64,000 nucleotides of DNA from Laetmonice hystrix. Taxonomy: Eukaryota. Location of the stretch: the NCBI GenBank assembly GCA_965235115.1, contig OZ249441.1:2170001-2234000 (forward strand), in the 5' to 3' direction. Shown piece by piece: positions 11,122 through 22,654 of this stretch (its first letter is position 1; each line of letters opens with the position of its first letter). Below the pieces are notes generated by a model. It was not told the origin of the DNA and searched no databases. It saw only the letters and a list, made by a program, of their open reading frames with translations. The position numbers and the translations under genes were made by a program.

Positions 11122-12354
11122 CAGCACTCGCAGATATCGTGATTATTATCTTGTTGTTCATACTGGAGGAAGAGGACTGGTGCTTGCCGACTACCCAGTA
11201 ATTACCCGCCATGTCTCCGCCTGTAATGTCCTCTAAAGGCCCGCTAGCCATTCAGCCGACACCAAACGTCTAAATTAGCTGTTCGCGACTTCTGACGCGT
11301 GTATCTCTGCCAGACAGGTTTAGCGTCGTTTCGCAGCTTTGGTCAGGTGTGAACCCCGTCAGTGAGGTATTGCTGGAACGTGTGTTGTCAATTTGTTCGA
11401 GAACAGCATATTCTCTAAACTCTACTATATTTTCTGCTTTGTACTCCTGCCGAGCCAAGGTAGCATTTGTTGCGTGTCGTTGAATGTGATGTTTGGAAGG
11501 AGATCTCTTCGTGACTTTACAGCAGTGAGCAGGTGGAGTTTCGCTAGGATGGTATGTCTTCAGGTGGCACGCCATCACCAGGATCAGGTTGTTTGTGGCA
11601 TGGTCCCTGGTCATCGTGTGGACGACACAGCAGTCCGGCAGCCAGGTGTCTTAGGTCGATGGTTGAGAAGAGCCACACACGGCTGTGGTGAACCAGAGCT
11701 GCCTCTCTCCACCTGCTCCAGGCTGTCTCATGTAGCCATTCGCAGTCTGTTTCTTCTCAACATGGAGCAGAGAGAAGGATATGGTCATGTTAAACCCCCT
11801 CCCCCCGCTCGCATGTCAGGTGCCATAATTAACATGTCAGGTGCCATAATTAACATTTCTGACCGATCTTAATGATTATTTACCAAATTCAGAAAGATAA
11901 TTTTTTGGCCAATCCGCTCAATGAAGTAAACACTCAGGGGGGGGGGCGTTTTGCCAAATGACTTCAAATAAAGTTATTTGGATTCATATTTCATGTCAGC
12001 GGCCGGTTGCGTTGCTCTGATCAGATCAGTCTGACTTAAGAGTGAGCGGATAGTTTTGTTGACCATGAAGAGATCCGCCGGTTTGTGGTCCCAGCAGCGG
12101 AGGTGTGGAAACAGTGTGCCACCTGCTAACGTTAACCAAGAATCCGATATTATCGTGTAAGGATGAAGGTCTCTGCTAACTGCTCGCAGCGTCCTGCACG
12201 AACCGTTTCCCGATTGATTGTCTGCGTGTGCCGTCACATGATCAGGTCTGTAAGTGTGAGCCGTTAGCCGCTGTAATTGGCTGACTTCTGGGAGCTGGGC
12301 CTTGAGGCGGTTCATTACATGTCTTTCATTGCGACATCGACATGAAACTGTCCA

Positions 12355-15300
12355 CTACTGGTATGTCAGGGTGTCAGGGTGGTCTCCAGGACCAATGATA
12401 GACCACTGCCTCCTCTACCGTAGTCCTCAGTGTGGAGATGAACAGATCCTACTGGTATGACGGTGTCAAGGTGGTCTCCAGGACCAATGACAGACCACTG
12501 CCTCCTCTACCGTAGTCCTCAGTGTGGAGATGAACAGATCCTACTGGTATGACGGTGTCAAGGTGGTCTCCAGGACCAATGATAGACCACTGCCTCCTCT
12601 ACCGTAGTCCTCAGTGTGGAGATGAACAGATCCTACTGGTATGACGGTGTCAAGGTGGTGTGGTGGTCTCCAGGACCAATGATAGACCACTGCCTCCTCT
12701 ACCGTAGTCCACAGTGTGGAGATGAACAGATCCTACTGGTATGACGGTGTCAAGGTGGTCTCAGGGACCAATGATAGACCACTGCCTCCTCTACCGTAGT
12801 CCTCAGTGTGGAGATGAACAGATCCTACTGGTATGACGGTGTCAAGGTGATGTGGTGGTCTCCAGGACCAACGATAGACCACTGCCTCCTCTACCGTAGT
12901 CCTCAGTGTGGAGATGAACAGATCCTACTGGTATGACGGTGTCAAGGTGGTCTCAGGGACCAATGATAGACCACTGCCTCCTCTACCGTAGTCCTCAGTG
13001 TGGAGATGAACAGATCCTACTGGTATGACGGTGTCAAGGTGGTGTGGTGGTCTCCAGGACCAATGATAGACCACTGCCTCCTCTACCGTAGTCCTCAGTG
13101 TGGAGATGAACAGATCCTACTGGTATGACGGTGTCAAGGTGGTGTGGTGGTCTCCAGGACCAATGATAGACCACTGCCTCCTCTACCGTAGTCCTCAGTG
13201 TGGAGATGAACAGATCCTACTGGTATGACGGTGTCAAGGTGGTCTCCAGGACCAATGATAGACCACTGCCTCCTCTACCGTAGTCCTCAGTGTGGAGATG
13301 AACAGATCCTACTGGTATGACGGTGTCAAGGTGGTCTCCAGGACCAATGATAGACCACTGCCTCCTCTACCGTAGTCCTCAGTGTGGAGATGAACAGATC
13401 CTACTGGTATGACGGTGTCAAGGTGGTGTGGTGGTCTCCAGGACCAATGATAGACCACTGCCTCCTCTACCGTAGTCCTCAGTGTGGAGATGAACAGATC
13501 CTACTGGTATGACGGTGTCAAGGTGGTGTGGTGGTCTCCAGGACCAATGATAGACCACTGCCTCCTCTACCGTAGTCCTCAGTGTGGAGATGAACAGATC
13601 CTACTGATATGACGGTGTCAGGGTGATGTGGTGGTCTCCAGGACCAATGATAGACCACTGCCTCCTCTACCGTAGTCCTCAGTGTGGAGATGAACAGATC
13701 CTACTGGTATGACGGTGTCAGGGTGGTCTCCAGGACCAATGACAGACCACTGCCTCCTCTACCGTAGTCCTCAGTGTGGAGATGAACAGATCCTACTGGT
13801 ATGACGGTGTCAGGGTGGTCTCCAGGACCAATGATAGACCACTGCCTCCTCTACCGTAGTCCTCAGTGTGGAGATGAACAGATCCTACTGGTATGACGGT
13901 GTCAAGGTGGTGTGGTGGTCTCCAGGACCAATGATAGACCACTGCCTCCTCTACCGTAGTCCTCAGTGTGGAGATGAACAGATCCTACTGGTATGACGGT
14001 GTCAAGGTGATGTGGTGGTCTCCAGGACCAATGATAGACCACTGCCTCCTCTACCGTAGTCCTCAGTGTGGAGATGAACAGATCCTACTGGTATGACGGT
14101 GTCAAGGTGATGTGGTGGTCTCCAGGACCAATGATAGACCACTGCCTCCTCTACCGTAGTCCTCAGTGTGGAGATGAACAGATCCTACTGGTATGACGGT
14201 GTCAAGGTGATGTGGTGGTCTCCAGGACCAATGATAGACCACTGCCTCCTCTACCGTAGTCCTCAGTGTGGAGATGAACAGATCCTACTGGTATGACGGT
14301 GTCAAGGTGATGTGTTGTTCTCAGGGACCAATGATAGACCACTGCCTCCTCTACCGTAGTCCTCAGTGTGGAGATGAACAGATCCTACTGGTATGACGGT
14401 GTCAAGGTGATGTGGTGGTCTCCAGGACCAATGATAGACCACTGCCTCCTCTACCGTAGTCCTCAGTGTGGAGATGAACAGATCCTACTGGTATGACGGT
14501 GTCAAGGTGGTGTGGTGGTCTCCAGGACCAATGATAGACCACTGCCTCCTCTACCGTAGTCCTCAGTGTGGAGATGAACAGATCCTACTGGTATGACGGT
14601 GTCAAGGTGGTGTGGTGGTCTCCAGGACCAATGATAGACCACTGCCTCCTCTACCGTAGTCCTCAGTGTGGAGATGAACAGATCCTACTGGTATGACGGT
14701 GTCAAGGTGGTCTCCAGGACCAATGATAGACCACTGCCTCCTCTACCGTAGTCCTCAGTGTGGAGATGAACAGATCCTACTGGTATGACGGTGTCAAGGT
14801 GGTGTGGTGGTCTCCAGGACCAATGATAGACCACTGCCTCCTCTACCGTAGTCCTCAGTGTGGAGATGAACAGATCCTACTGGTATGACGGTGTCAAGGT
14901 GGTGTGGTGGTCTCCAGGACCAATGATAGACCACTGCCTCCTCTACCGTAGTCCACAGTGTGGAGATGAACAGATCCTACTGGTATGACGGTGTCAAGGT
15001 GGTGTGGTGGTCTCAGGGACCAATGATAGACCACTGCCTCCTCTACCGTAGTCCTCAGTGTGGAGATTAACAGATCCTACTGGTATGACGGTGTCAGGGT
15101 GGTGTGGTGGTCTCAGGGACCAATGATAGACCACTGCCTCCTCTACCGTAGTCCTCAGTGTGGAGATGAACAGATCCTACTGGTATGATGGTGTCAAGGT
15201 GATGTGGTGGTCTCCAGGACCAATGATAGACCACTGCCTCCTCTACCGTAGTCCTCAGTGTGGAGATGAACAGATCCTACTGGTATGACGGTGTCAAGGT

Positions 15301-17354
15301 GATGTGGTGGTCTCAGGGACCAATGATAGACCACTGCCTCCTCTACCGTAGTCCTCAGTGTGGAGATGAACAGATCCTACTGGTATGACGGTGTCAAGGT
15401 GATGTGGTGGTCTCCAGGACCAATGATAGACCACTGCCTCCTCTACCGTAGTCCTCAGTGTGGAGATGAACAGATCCTACTGGTATGACGGTGTCAAGGT
15501 GATGTGGTGGTCTCCAGGACCAATGATAGACCACTGCCTCCTCTACCGTAGTCCTCAGTGTGGAGATGAACAGATCCTACTGGTATGACGGTGTCAAGGT
15601 GGTCTCCAGGACCAATGATAGAACACTGCCTCCTCTACCGTAGTCCTCAGTGTGGAGATGAACAGATCCTACTGGTATGACGGTGTCAAGGTGGTGTGGT
15701 GGTCTCCAGGACCAATGATAGACCACTGCCTCCTCTACCGTAGTCCTCAGTGTGGAGATGAACAGATCCTACTGGTATGACGGTGTCAGGGTGATGTGGT
15801 GGTCTCCAGGACCAATGATAGACCACTGCCTCCTCTACCGTAGTCCTCAGTGTGGAGATGAACAGATCCTACTGGTATGACGGTGTCAAGGTGGTCTCCA
15901 GGACCAATGATAGACCACTGCCTCCTCTACCGTAGTCCTCAGTGTGGAGATGAACAGATCCTACTGGTATGACGGTGTCAAGGTGGTCTCCAGGACCAAT
16001 GATAGACCACTGCCTCCTCTACCGTAGTCCTCAGTGTGGAGATGAACAGATCCTACTGGTATGACGGTGTCAAGGTGGTCTCCAGGACCAATGATAGACC
16101 ACTGCCTCCTCTACCGTAGTCCTCAGTGTGGAGATGAACAGATCCTACTGGTATGACGGTGTCAAGGTGATGTGGTGGTCTCCAGGACCAATGATAGAAC
16201 ACTGCCTCCTCTACCGTAGTCCTCAGTGTGGAGATGGACAGATCCTACTGGTATGACGGTGTCAAGGTGGTGTGGTGGTCTCATGGACCAATGATAGAAC
16301 ACTGCCTCCTCTACCGTAGTCCTCAGTGTGGAGATGAACAGATCCTACTGGTATGACGGTGTCAAGGTGATGTGGTGGTCTCCAGGACCAATGATAGACC
16401 ACTGCCTCCTCTACCGTAGTCCTCAGTGTGGAGATGAACAGATCCTACTGGTATGATGGTGTCAAGGTGATGTGGTGGTCTCCAGGACCAATGATAGAAC
16501 ACTGCCTCCTCTACCGTAGTCCTCAGTGTGGAGATGAACAGATCCTACTGGTATGATGGTGTCAAGGTGATGTGGTGGTCTCCAGGACCAATGATAGACC
16601 ACTGCCTCCTCTACCGTAGTCCTCAGTGTGGAGATGAACAGATCCTACTGGTATGATGGTGTCAAGGTGATGTGGTGGTCTCCAGGACCAATGATAGACC
16701 ACTGCCTCCTCTACCGTAGTCCTCAGTGTGGAGATGAACAGATCCTACTGGTATGATGGTGTCAAGGTGATGTGGTGGTCTCCAGGACCAATGATAGAAC
16801 ACTGCCTCCTCTACCGTAGTCCTCAGTGTGGAGATGGACAGATCCTACTGGTATGACGGTGTCAAGGTGATGTGGTGGTCTCCAGGACCAATGATAGACC
16901 ACTGCCTCCTCTACCGTAGTCCTCAGTGTGGAGATGAACAGATCCTACTGGTATGACGGTGTCAAGGTGATGTGGTGGTCTCCAGGACCAATGATAGACC
17001 ACTGCCTCCTCTACCGTAGTCCTCAGTGTGGAGATGAACAGATCCTACTGGTATGACGGTGTCAAGGTGGTCTCCAGGACCAATGATAGACCACTGCCTC
17101 CTCTACCGTAGTCCTCAGTGTGGAGATGAACAGATCCTACTGGTATGACGGTGTCAAGGTGATGTGGTGGTCTCCAGGACCAATGATAGACCACTGCCTC
17201 CTCTACCGTAGTCCTCAGTGTGGAGATGAACAGATCCTACTGGTATGACGGTGTCAGGGTGGTCTCCAGGACCAATGATAGACCACTGCCTCCTCTACCG
17301 TAGTCCTCAGTGTGGAGATGAACAGATCCTACTGGTATGACGGTGTGGAGATGA
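12355..17354. repeat. Largest array: 92/100-bp units, ~50 copies, ~5 kb
   Basis: Unit ggtctccaggaccaatgatagaccactgcctcctctaccgtagtcctcagtgtggagatgaacagatcctactggtatgacggtgtcaaggt, with or without an 8-bp insert g(g/a)tgtggt. Confidence 0.97.
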
Positions 17355-17780
17355 TTTGTTTTCCTAATGATGTCCCTAAATGTGTCAAGAGATTGCTCCA
17401 GCAATGCTCTATTTTATTATAGTAGAGTGTATTTGTCAAGATTAAAATGAACTTGTGTATTGTCTTGGTTAATATAGCACTGACTTTGGAAGGGTTGAGT
17501 TAAAGAGCTAGGTTGATGGTACGCTAAGAGACAAGGCGTGTGTTACGGTGAGAAGGGCATCAAAACATTCCCACCAGTTTTTAAATGGAGGAATTGAAAT
17601 CAAGCGTGAGAACCCCCTCTCCTGGAGGCAGGAGGGTGGAACAAATAATCCACAGCAGCTATAGCGGCGGCATGAGAAAGCTATCGTGGAGGTGCAGGGG
17701 TAGAAAGAGTTAACACAACCCAACACTCCCAAGGTCCGAGTATTGTGTGCGGGGGGTTCCTGGCTAGAATGTTGATTCAC

Positions 17781-17896
17781 CAGGCATTGTCAACTTGGCC
17801 TTGGCAATGTCTGCCGTGATCAGTTCAGGCTTGTGAGCATTCGGCCCCCATGGCCCATCTGGTCGGAGTGTTACCGTGCTGGCAGCAGACGGCACC
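17781..17896 (-). CDS. Candidate 116-nt exon (VPSAASTVTLRPDGPWGPNAHKPELITADIAKAKLTMP(G))
   Basis: Acceptor ggttacAG, donor cctg|GTGAAT, open frame. Shares KAKLTM with a minus-strand segment near 5480-5505. Confidence 0.3.
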
Positions 17897-18309
17897 CTGT
17901 AACCAGCCGGCTACAATAGCAAAGCTCGTTTTATATATGCCGGCAGGTCCACACAGAGTCCCCCTTTTAAAACACAAAAGGGCAGGTTGTCCTTCTCTTG
18001 TGATAAAGTATAATTTACGAGTCTTGCTGTAGACTCGGTACGCTCTTCGAATTTGGAAATGCCAAGTTATATTGAAAGCAGGAAACAGCGACGTAATGTA
18101 TACATGTGGAAAATAAATGAAGGTATCGTGGCACACATGGTTAGAAACAAAGTAGAGTCGAATTGAAATTTGAAGATGTTAAATATCCTCGAATGTTAGG
18201 AATTAAAGTACTGGTATTATGGTTTTTTTTCTTTGCTGGAGAGTGGTCCATCGATACGTGACACTATCACAGACTCTCCCCCAACACACACACACACAGC
18301 CGCAGACAA

Positions 18310-18858
18310 ATAATACTTGTCTCACGAGGACTACACCTGTTACACTCGATATTGTCGTACTCATACTTGTATTCATTTACATAATACTTGTCTCACGAGG
18401 ACTACACCTGTTACACTCGATATTGTCGTACTCATACTTGTATTCATTTATATAACACTTGTCTCACGAGGACTACACCTGTTACACTCGATATTGTCGT
18501 ACTCATACTTGTATTCATTTATATGATACTTGTCTCACGAGGACTACACCTGTTACACTCGATATTGTCGTACTCATACTTGTATTCATTTATATAATAC
18601 TTGTCTCACGAGGACTACACCTGTTACACTCGATATTGTCGTACTCATACTTGTATTCATTTATATAAAACTTGTCTCACGAGGACTACACCTGTTACAC
18701 TCGATATTGTCGTACTCATACTTGTATTCATTTATATAATACTTGTCTCACGAGGACTACACCTGTTACACTCGATATTGTCGTACTCATACTTGTATTC
18801 ATTTATATAATACTTGTCTCACGAGGACTACACCTGTTACACTCGATATTGTCGTACT
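18310..18858. repeat. Minisatellite, 71-bp AT-rich unit, ~8 copies
   Basis: Unit ataatacttgtctcacgaggactacacctgttacactcgatattgtcgtactcatacttgtattcatttat. Confidence 0.95.
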
Positions 18859-18870
18859 CTGAGTTGTATC

Positions 18871-18912
18871 ATTTATTTCTCACGTGTTTTTATTGTTCTG
18901 TTGCAGGTAAGT
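18871..18912 (+). other. Juxtaposed splice acceptor/donor (polypyrimidine-ttgcAG|GTAAGT)
   Basis: atttatttctcacgtgtttttattgttctgttgcagGTAAGT. Confidence 0.4.
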
Positions 18913-19523
18913 CACTCAACCGGACATAGAGCGTGTTTCCCGACAATAAATGTAAGTCGAGATTTCCTTGTATCTACCAGGGGATTCGGAATACATATAG
19001 AACCGTAGTCCAATCGACATGCATATGGGAGATTTCCCTGCAAAATAGAACCTTATAAGTGGTTTCTGTTAAGCTTATTATTTTGGCCTGAAATCCATTT
19101 CCGCGAGTTTCTAGGACAGAGTGGCTGATGTATGTGGTATCCAGCTCTGGCTGTCAGAGAATTGTATTCAGGCTAGATGTAGTAATGGAATGACGTATGG
19201 TTACCCTTGACGTAAGCTCGCATTGATTGCTCGAGCTGTAAAATTTGTCCCCATTGCTCAGTTTGATTCTGACATGGAGAGGTCATCAGAGTATCTGCAG
19301 TTCCCAACTCTGGGCATTACATCGTAAGGATTGCTGACAGCTTGACCTTTGCCATGGGGCCTGGTCCAATCTAGACAGAAGCCTCAAGAATGGCAGAGAT
19401 TCGAGCCGCCCATTATGTGGCAATGCTGTCAATAAATATACAGCCATACAAATGGCAATCAGTCAGCGCCAAACCTGCCACTACCAGAGTTGTAACTGCT
19501 TTCATTTATTTTCCATTTCGTAG

Positions 19524-19535
19524 CGCACTGTTGAG
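19524..19535 (+). CDS. Candidate 12-nt microexon cgcactgttgag
   Basis: Strong pyrimidine tract ctttcatttattttccatttcgtAG; donor gag|GTAACC. Confidence 0.35.
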
Positions 19536-19594
19536 GTAACCAGCTGCGTCTGTATCGTTCTATACCCTGATTGCACTGATCTGCCAGGGATCAG

Positions 19595-19742
19595 GGGCCT
19601 GTCTTTCTAACCATGATCCCAGCAAAATCCCCAGATCAGGGATATCCTATTGTGGGGTGTCTTACTAAAAACTCTGTTCATTGAAACAGTGTTGGGGAGA
19701 TGTCCCCAATATGTGGAGTGACATTCTTAGTAAGACAGGCCC
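19595..19742. mobile_element. PIF/Harbinger-like MITE, 148 bp, CAG target-site duplication
   Basis: TIR gggcctgtctttctaa / ttagtaagacaggccc (1 mismatch); CAG at 19592-19594 and 19743-19745. Confidence 0.7.
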
Positions 19743-19859
19743 CAGGCAGCTATAGCTCGTATGTTCCCACACTGGTATCTCCCTTTACTCTGGGCATACG
19801 TGTTACATCAAGGGTTTACTGCTAACAGATCGGTAGGTTACTCTGAGAAAATCCTGGGA

Positions 19860-20453
19860 AGAAATCAGTAGGTTACACAGGAGAACTGTAAGAAATCAGT
19901 AGGTTACACAAGAGAACTGTAAGAAATCAGTAGGTTACACAATAGAACTGTAAGAAATCAGTAGGTTACACCAGAGAACTGTAAGAAATCAGTAGGTTAC
20001 ACAAGAGAACTGTAAGAAATCAGTAGGTTACACAAGAGAACTGTAAGAAATCAGTAGGTTACACCATAGAACTGTAAGAAATCAGTAGGTTACACAATAC
20101 AACTGTAAGAAATCAGTAGGTTACACCATAGAACTGTAAGAAATCAGTAGGTTACACCATAGAACTGTAAGAAATCAGTAGGTTACACAATACAACTGTA
20201 ATAAATCAGTAGGTTACACAAGAGAACTGTAAGAAATCAGTAGGTTACACAAGAGAACCGTAAGAAATCAGTAGGTTACACAAGAGAACTGTAAGAAATC
20301 AGTAGGTTACACAATACAACTGTAAGAAATCAGTAGGTTACACAAGAGAACTGTAAGAAATCAGTAGGTTACACAAGAGAACTGTAAGAAATCAGTAGGT
20401 TACACAAGAGAACTGTAAGAAATCAGTAGGTTACACAAGAGAACTGTAAGAAA
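19860..20453. repeat. Minisatellite, 31-bp unit, ~19 copies
   Basis: Unit agaaatcagtaggttacacaagagaactgta. Confidence 0.95.
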
Positions 20454-20556
20454 GCTGCACCTTTTGAACCGTCTGGTTGATTCGTGTTCACTGTTCATGG
20501 CTCCAGCTGCACCTTTTGAACCTTCTGGTTGATTCGTGTTTACTGTTCATGGCTCC
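20453..20556. repeat. Tandem duplication, 52 bp x2
   Basis: agctgcaccttttgaacc(g/t)tctggttgattcgtgtt(c/t)actgttcatggctcc; directly abuts the 31-bp array. Confidence 0.9.
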
Positions 20557-21344
20557 GATACTCCTGTGTGGCGTGCGTTCTGGCGTAGTTGTTTAGTACA
20601 AAATCTGGGTTAGCTCTATGGCCCTGCATTCAAGTTAACGGTAACTTGATACTTCATTGTTTGAGAGTGGAGGCCGGAGTTCATAGAGAACGTGAGCTTG
20701 CAGAGTTATCGTCATTAACGTATTTTTATTATCCGTCTCTTACAAGACACAATGATAATAACATCATCTCTCTGAATTATCTATGTGGCTTTGGAAGCCA
20801 CTCTGACAATTCAGCATTCATCATCATCGTGAAATCATTTATTACTCTGCCATTCTTCATCGCTGTAATGCTCATGCACTGCCTTAAATTACTTTGAACG
20901 ATTGCACTACAAAGGAAACCTTATTAGTAGCAAGAAATATGTAAGCAATTGGATTACATTATTTTTATAAATTCAGTAATTACAAAACTTCAATAAATTA
21001 ATTTTGGTGGAGTAAGGGGAGCTTTGACCAGATATGATTCTCAGTACATTATATATCCCAGGTTTTCTGGGCCAATGTTACAGTCTTTAACGATAAAATG
21101 ATTTCCTGCTGGAAGAAGATTGCAATGTGCGTTGGTAGAAAGGGAGAAAAAGTAGATAAACTGCGATATTGCTTTTCCATAATAGAATCAGTGTCTCCTG
21201 TATTCGCTGGAAAATGCTGAGGAAATTATACGGTCGTCAGTGATGTTCTGCTAGTACAATGACATTTATACGCTGAATCCATTACCAAACATTGGGAGTT
21301 GTCACAGTGCCACAGGTCCCTGGTCTGTCGCCCTAATAATACAG

Positions 21345-21411
21345 ATTGAGAAGTGAGTCCAGCTGTGCCCTCACTCAGAATCTGATGGGGCGTCAGTCCT
21401 CATATACGGAG
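21345..21411 (+). CDS. Candidate 67-nt exon (LRSESSCALTQNLMGRQSSYTE)
   Basis: Acceptor aatacAG, consensus donor gag|GTAAGT, one open frame. Confidence 0.3.
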
Positions 21412-21488
21412 GTAAGTCTAAATTAAATTTATGATTACCAGATGTAGGGGACGGTATCTATTCGTGTCTGTCTGCCTTCTGCCTGCCA

Positions 21489-21979
21489 TAATACGCGTTC
21501 TCAGGCACAGCAGTATCGCCACAATACGCGGTCCCAGACTTAGTAATATCTCCACAATATAGTTCTAGACGAGTTCCCAGGCACAGCAGTATCTCCACAA
21601 TACATGTTCTCAGACACAGCAGTATCACCACAATACATGTTCTCAGGCACAGTGTTATCGCCACAATACGTGTTCTCAGACACAGCAGTATCACCACAAT
21701 ACGTGTTCTCAGGCACAGTGTTATCGCCACAATACGTGTTCTCAGGCACAGCAGTATCACCACAATACATGTTCTCAGGCACAGCAGTATCTCAACAATA
21801 CATGTTCTCAGGCACAGCAGTATCTCAACAATACATGTTCTCAGGCACAGCAGTATCTCAACAATACATGTTCTCAGGCACAGCAGTATCTCAACAATAC
21901 ATGTTCTCAGGCACAGCAGTATCGCCACAATACGCGTTCCCAGGCACAGCGGTATCGCCACAATACATGTTCTCAGGCA
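21489..21979. repeat. Minisatellite, 33-bp unit, ~14 copies
   Basis: Unit tctcaggcacagcagtatc(g/t/a)c(c/a)acaatacatgt; one interruption near 21535-21575. Confidence 0.95.
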
Positions 21980-22052
21980 GAGCCATGTGAGCTCAATACC
22001 CAGTGGCAGCAGTGTCACCGTGAGAAGAATGGTTGGGAAGACTATGGTAAGG

Positions 22053-22300
22053 CGTCGGCTGTCCCCCAGCTGACGCCTGTACCGGACTGTAGTATTCAGT
22101 CTGCCGTCGGTTGGCCCCCAGCTGACGCCTGTACCGGACTGTAGTATTCAGTCTGCCGTCGGTTGGCCCCCAGCTGACGCCTGTACCGGACTGTAGTATT
22201 CAGTCTGCCGTCGGTTGGCCCCCAGCTGACGCCTGTACCGGACTGTGTAGTATTCTGTGTGCCGTCGGCTGTCCCCCAGCTGACGCCTGTACCGGACTGT
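22053..22300. repeat. 52-bp minisatellite, left block
   Basis: Unit ccccagctgacgcctgtaccggactgtagtattcagtctgccgtcggttggc. Confidence 0.95.
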
Positions 22301-22468
22301 ATTTTTCTTTTGAAATTCACGGGCATCAGGGGTAACCCAATTACTTTGACAATGTCCCAAAGTTGTATAGTCCTCTACAGGAATCGAACCCAGGCCCTAA
22401 GATTACTGCACCCATTCGCATAGCATAAGGTGTCGACAGCCATGCCCACTCGGCCACCGCGACTCCCC
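22300..22468 (-). mobile_element. tRNA-derived SINE remnant
   Basis: Minus strand has A box TGGCCGAGTGG (22446-22456), B box GGTTCGATTCC (22380-22390) and an A-rich 3' end aaaagaaaaaatac. No intact cloverleaf. Confidence 0.7.
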
Positions 22469-22654
22469 AAGTAAAGGAGCTTTGGTGGTCGAGTAGGACA
22501 ATGGACCCTCCCCCCTATACACACATCTTCTGAAATGAGACGGAATCCATATTTTCCTAGATAGAGCTACACATGATTTCTACCGAACATTGACTGTTAA
22601 GGTAATCCTGGCACTGGCGTAGACTGTATTTTTCTTTTGAAATGCACGGGCATC

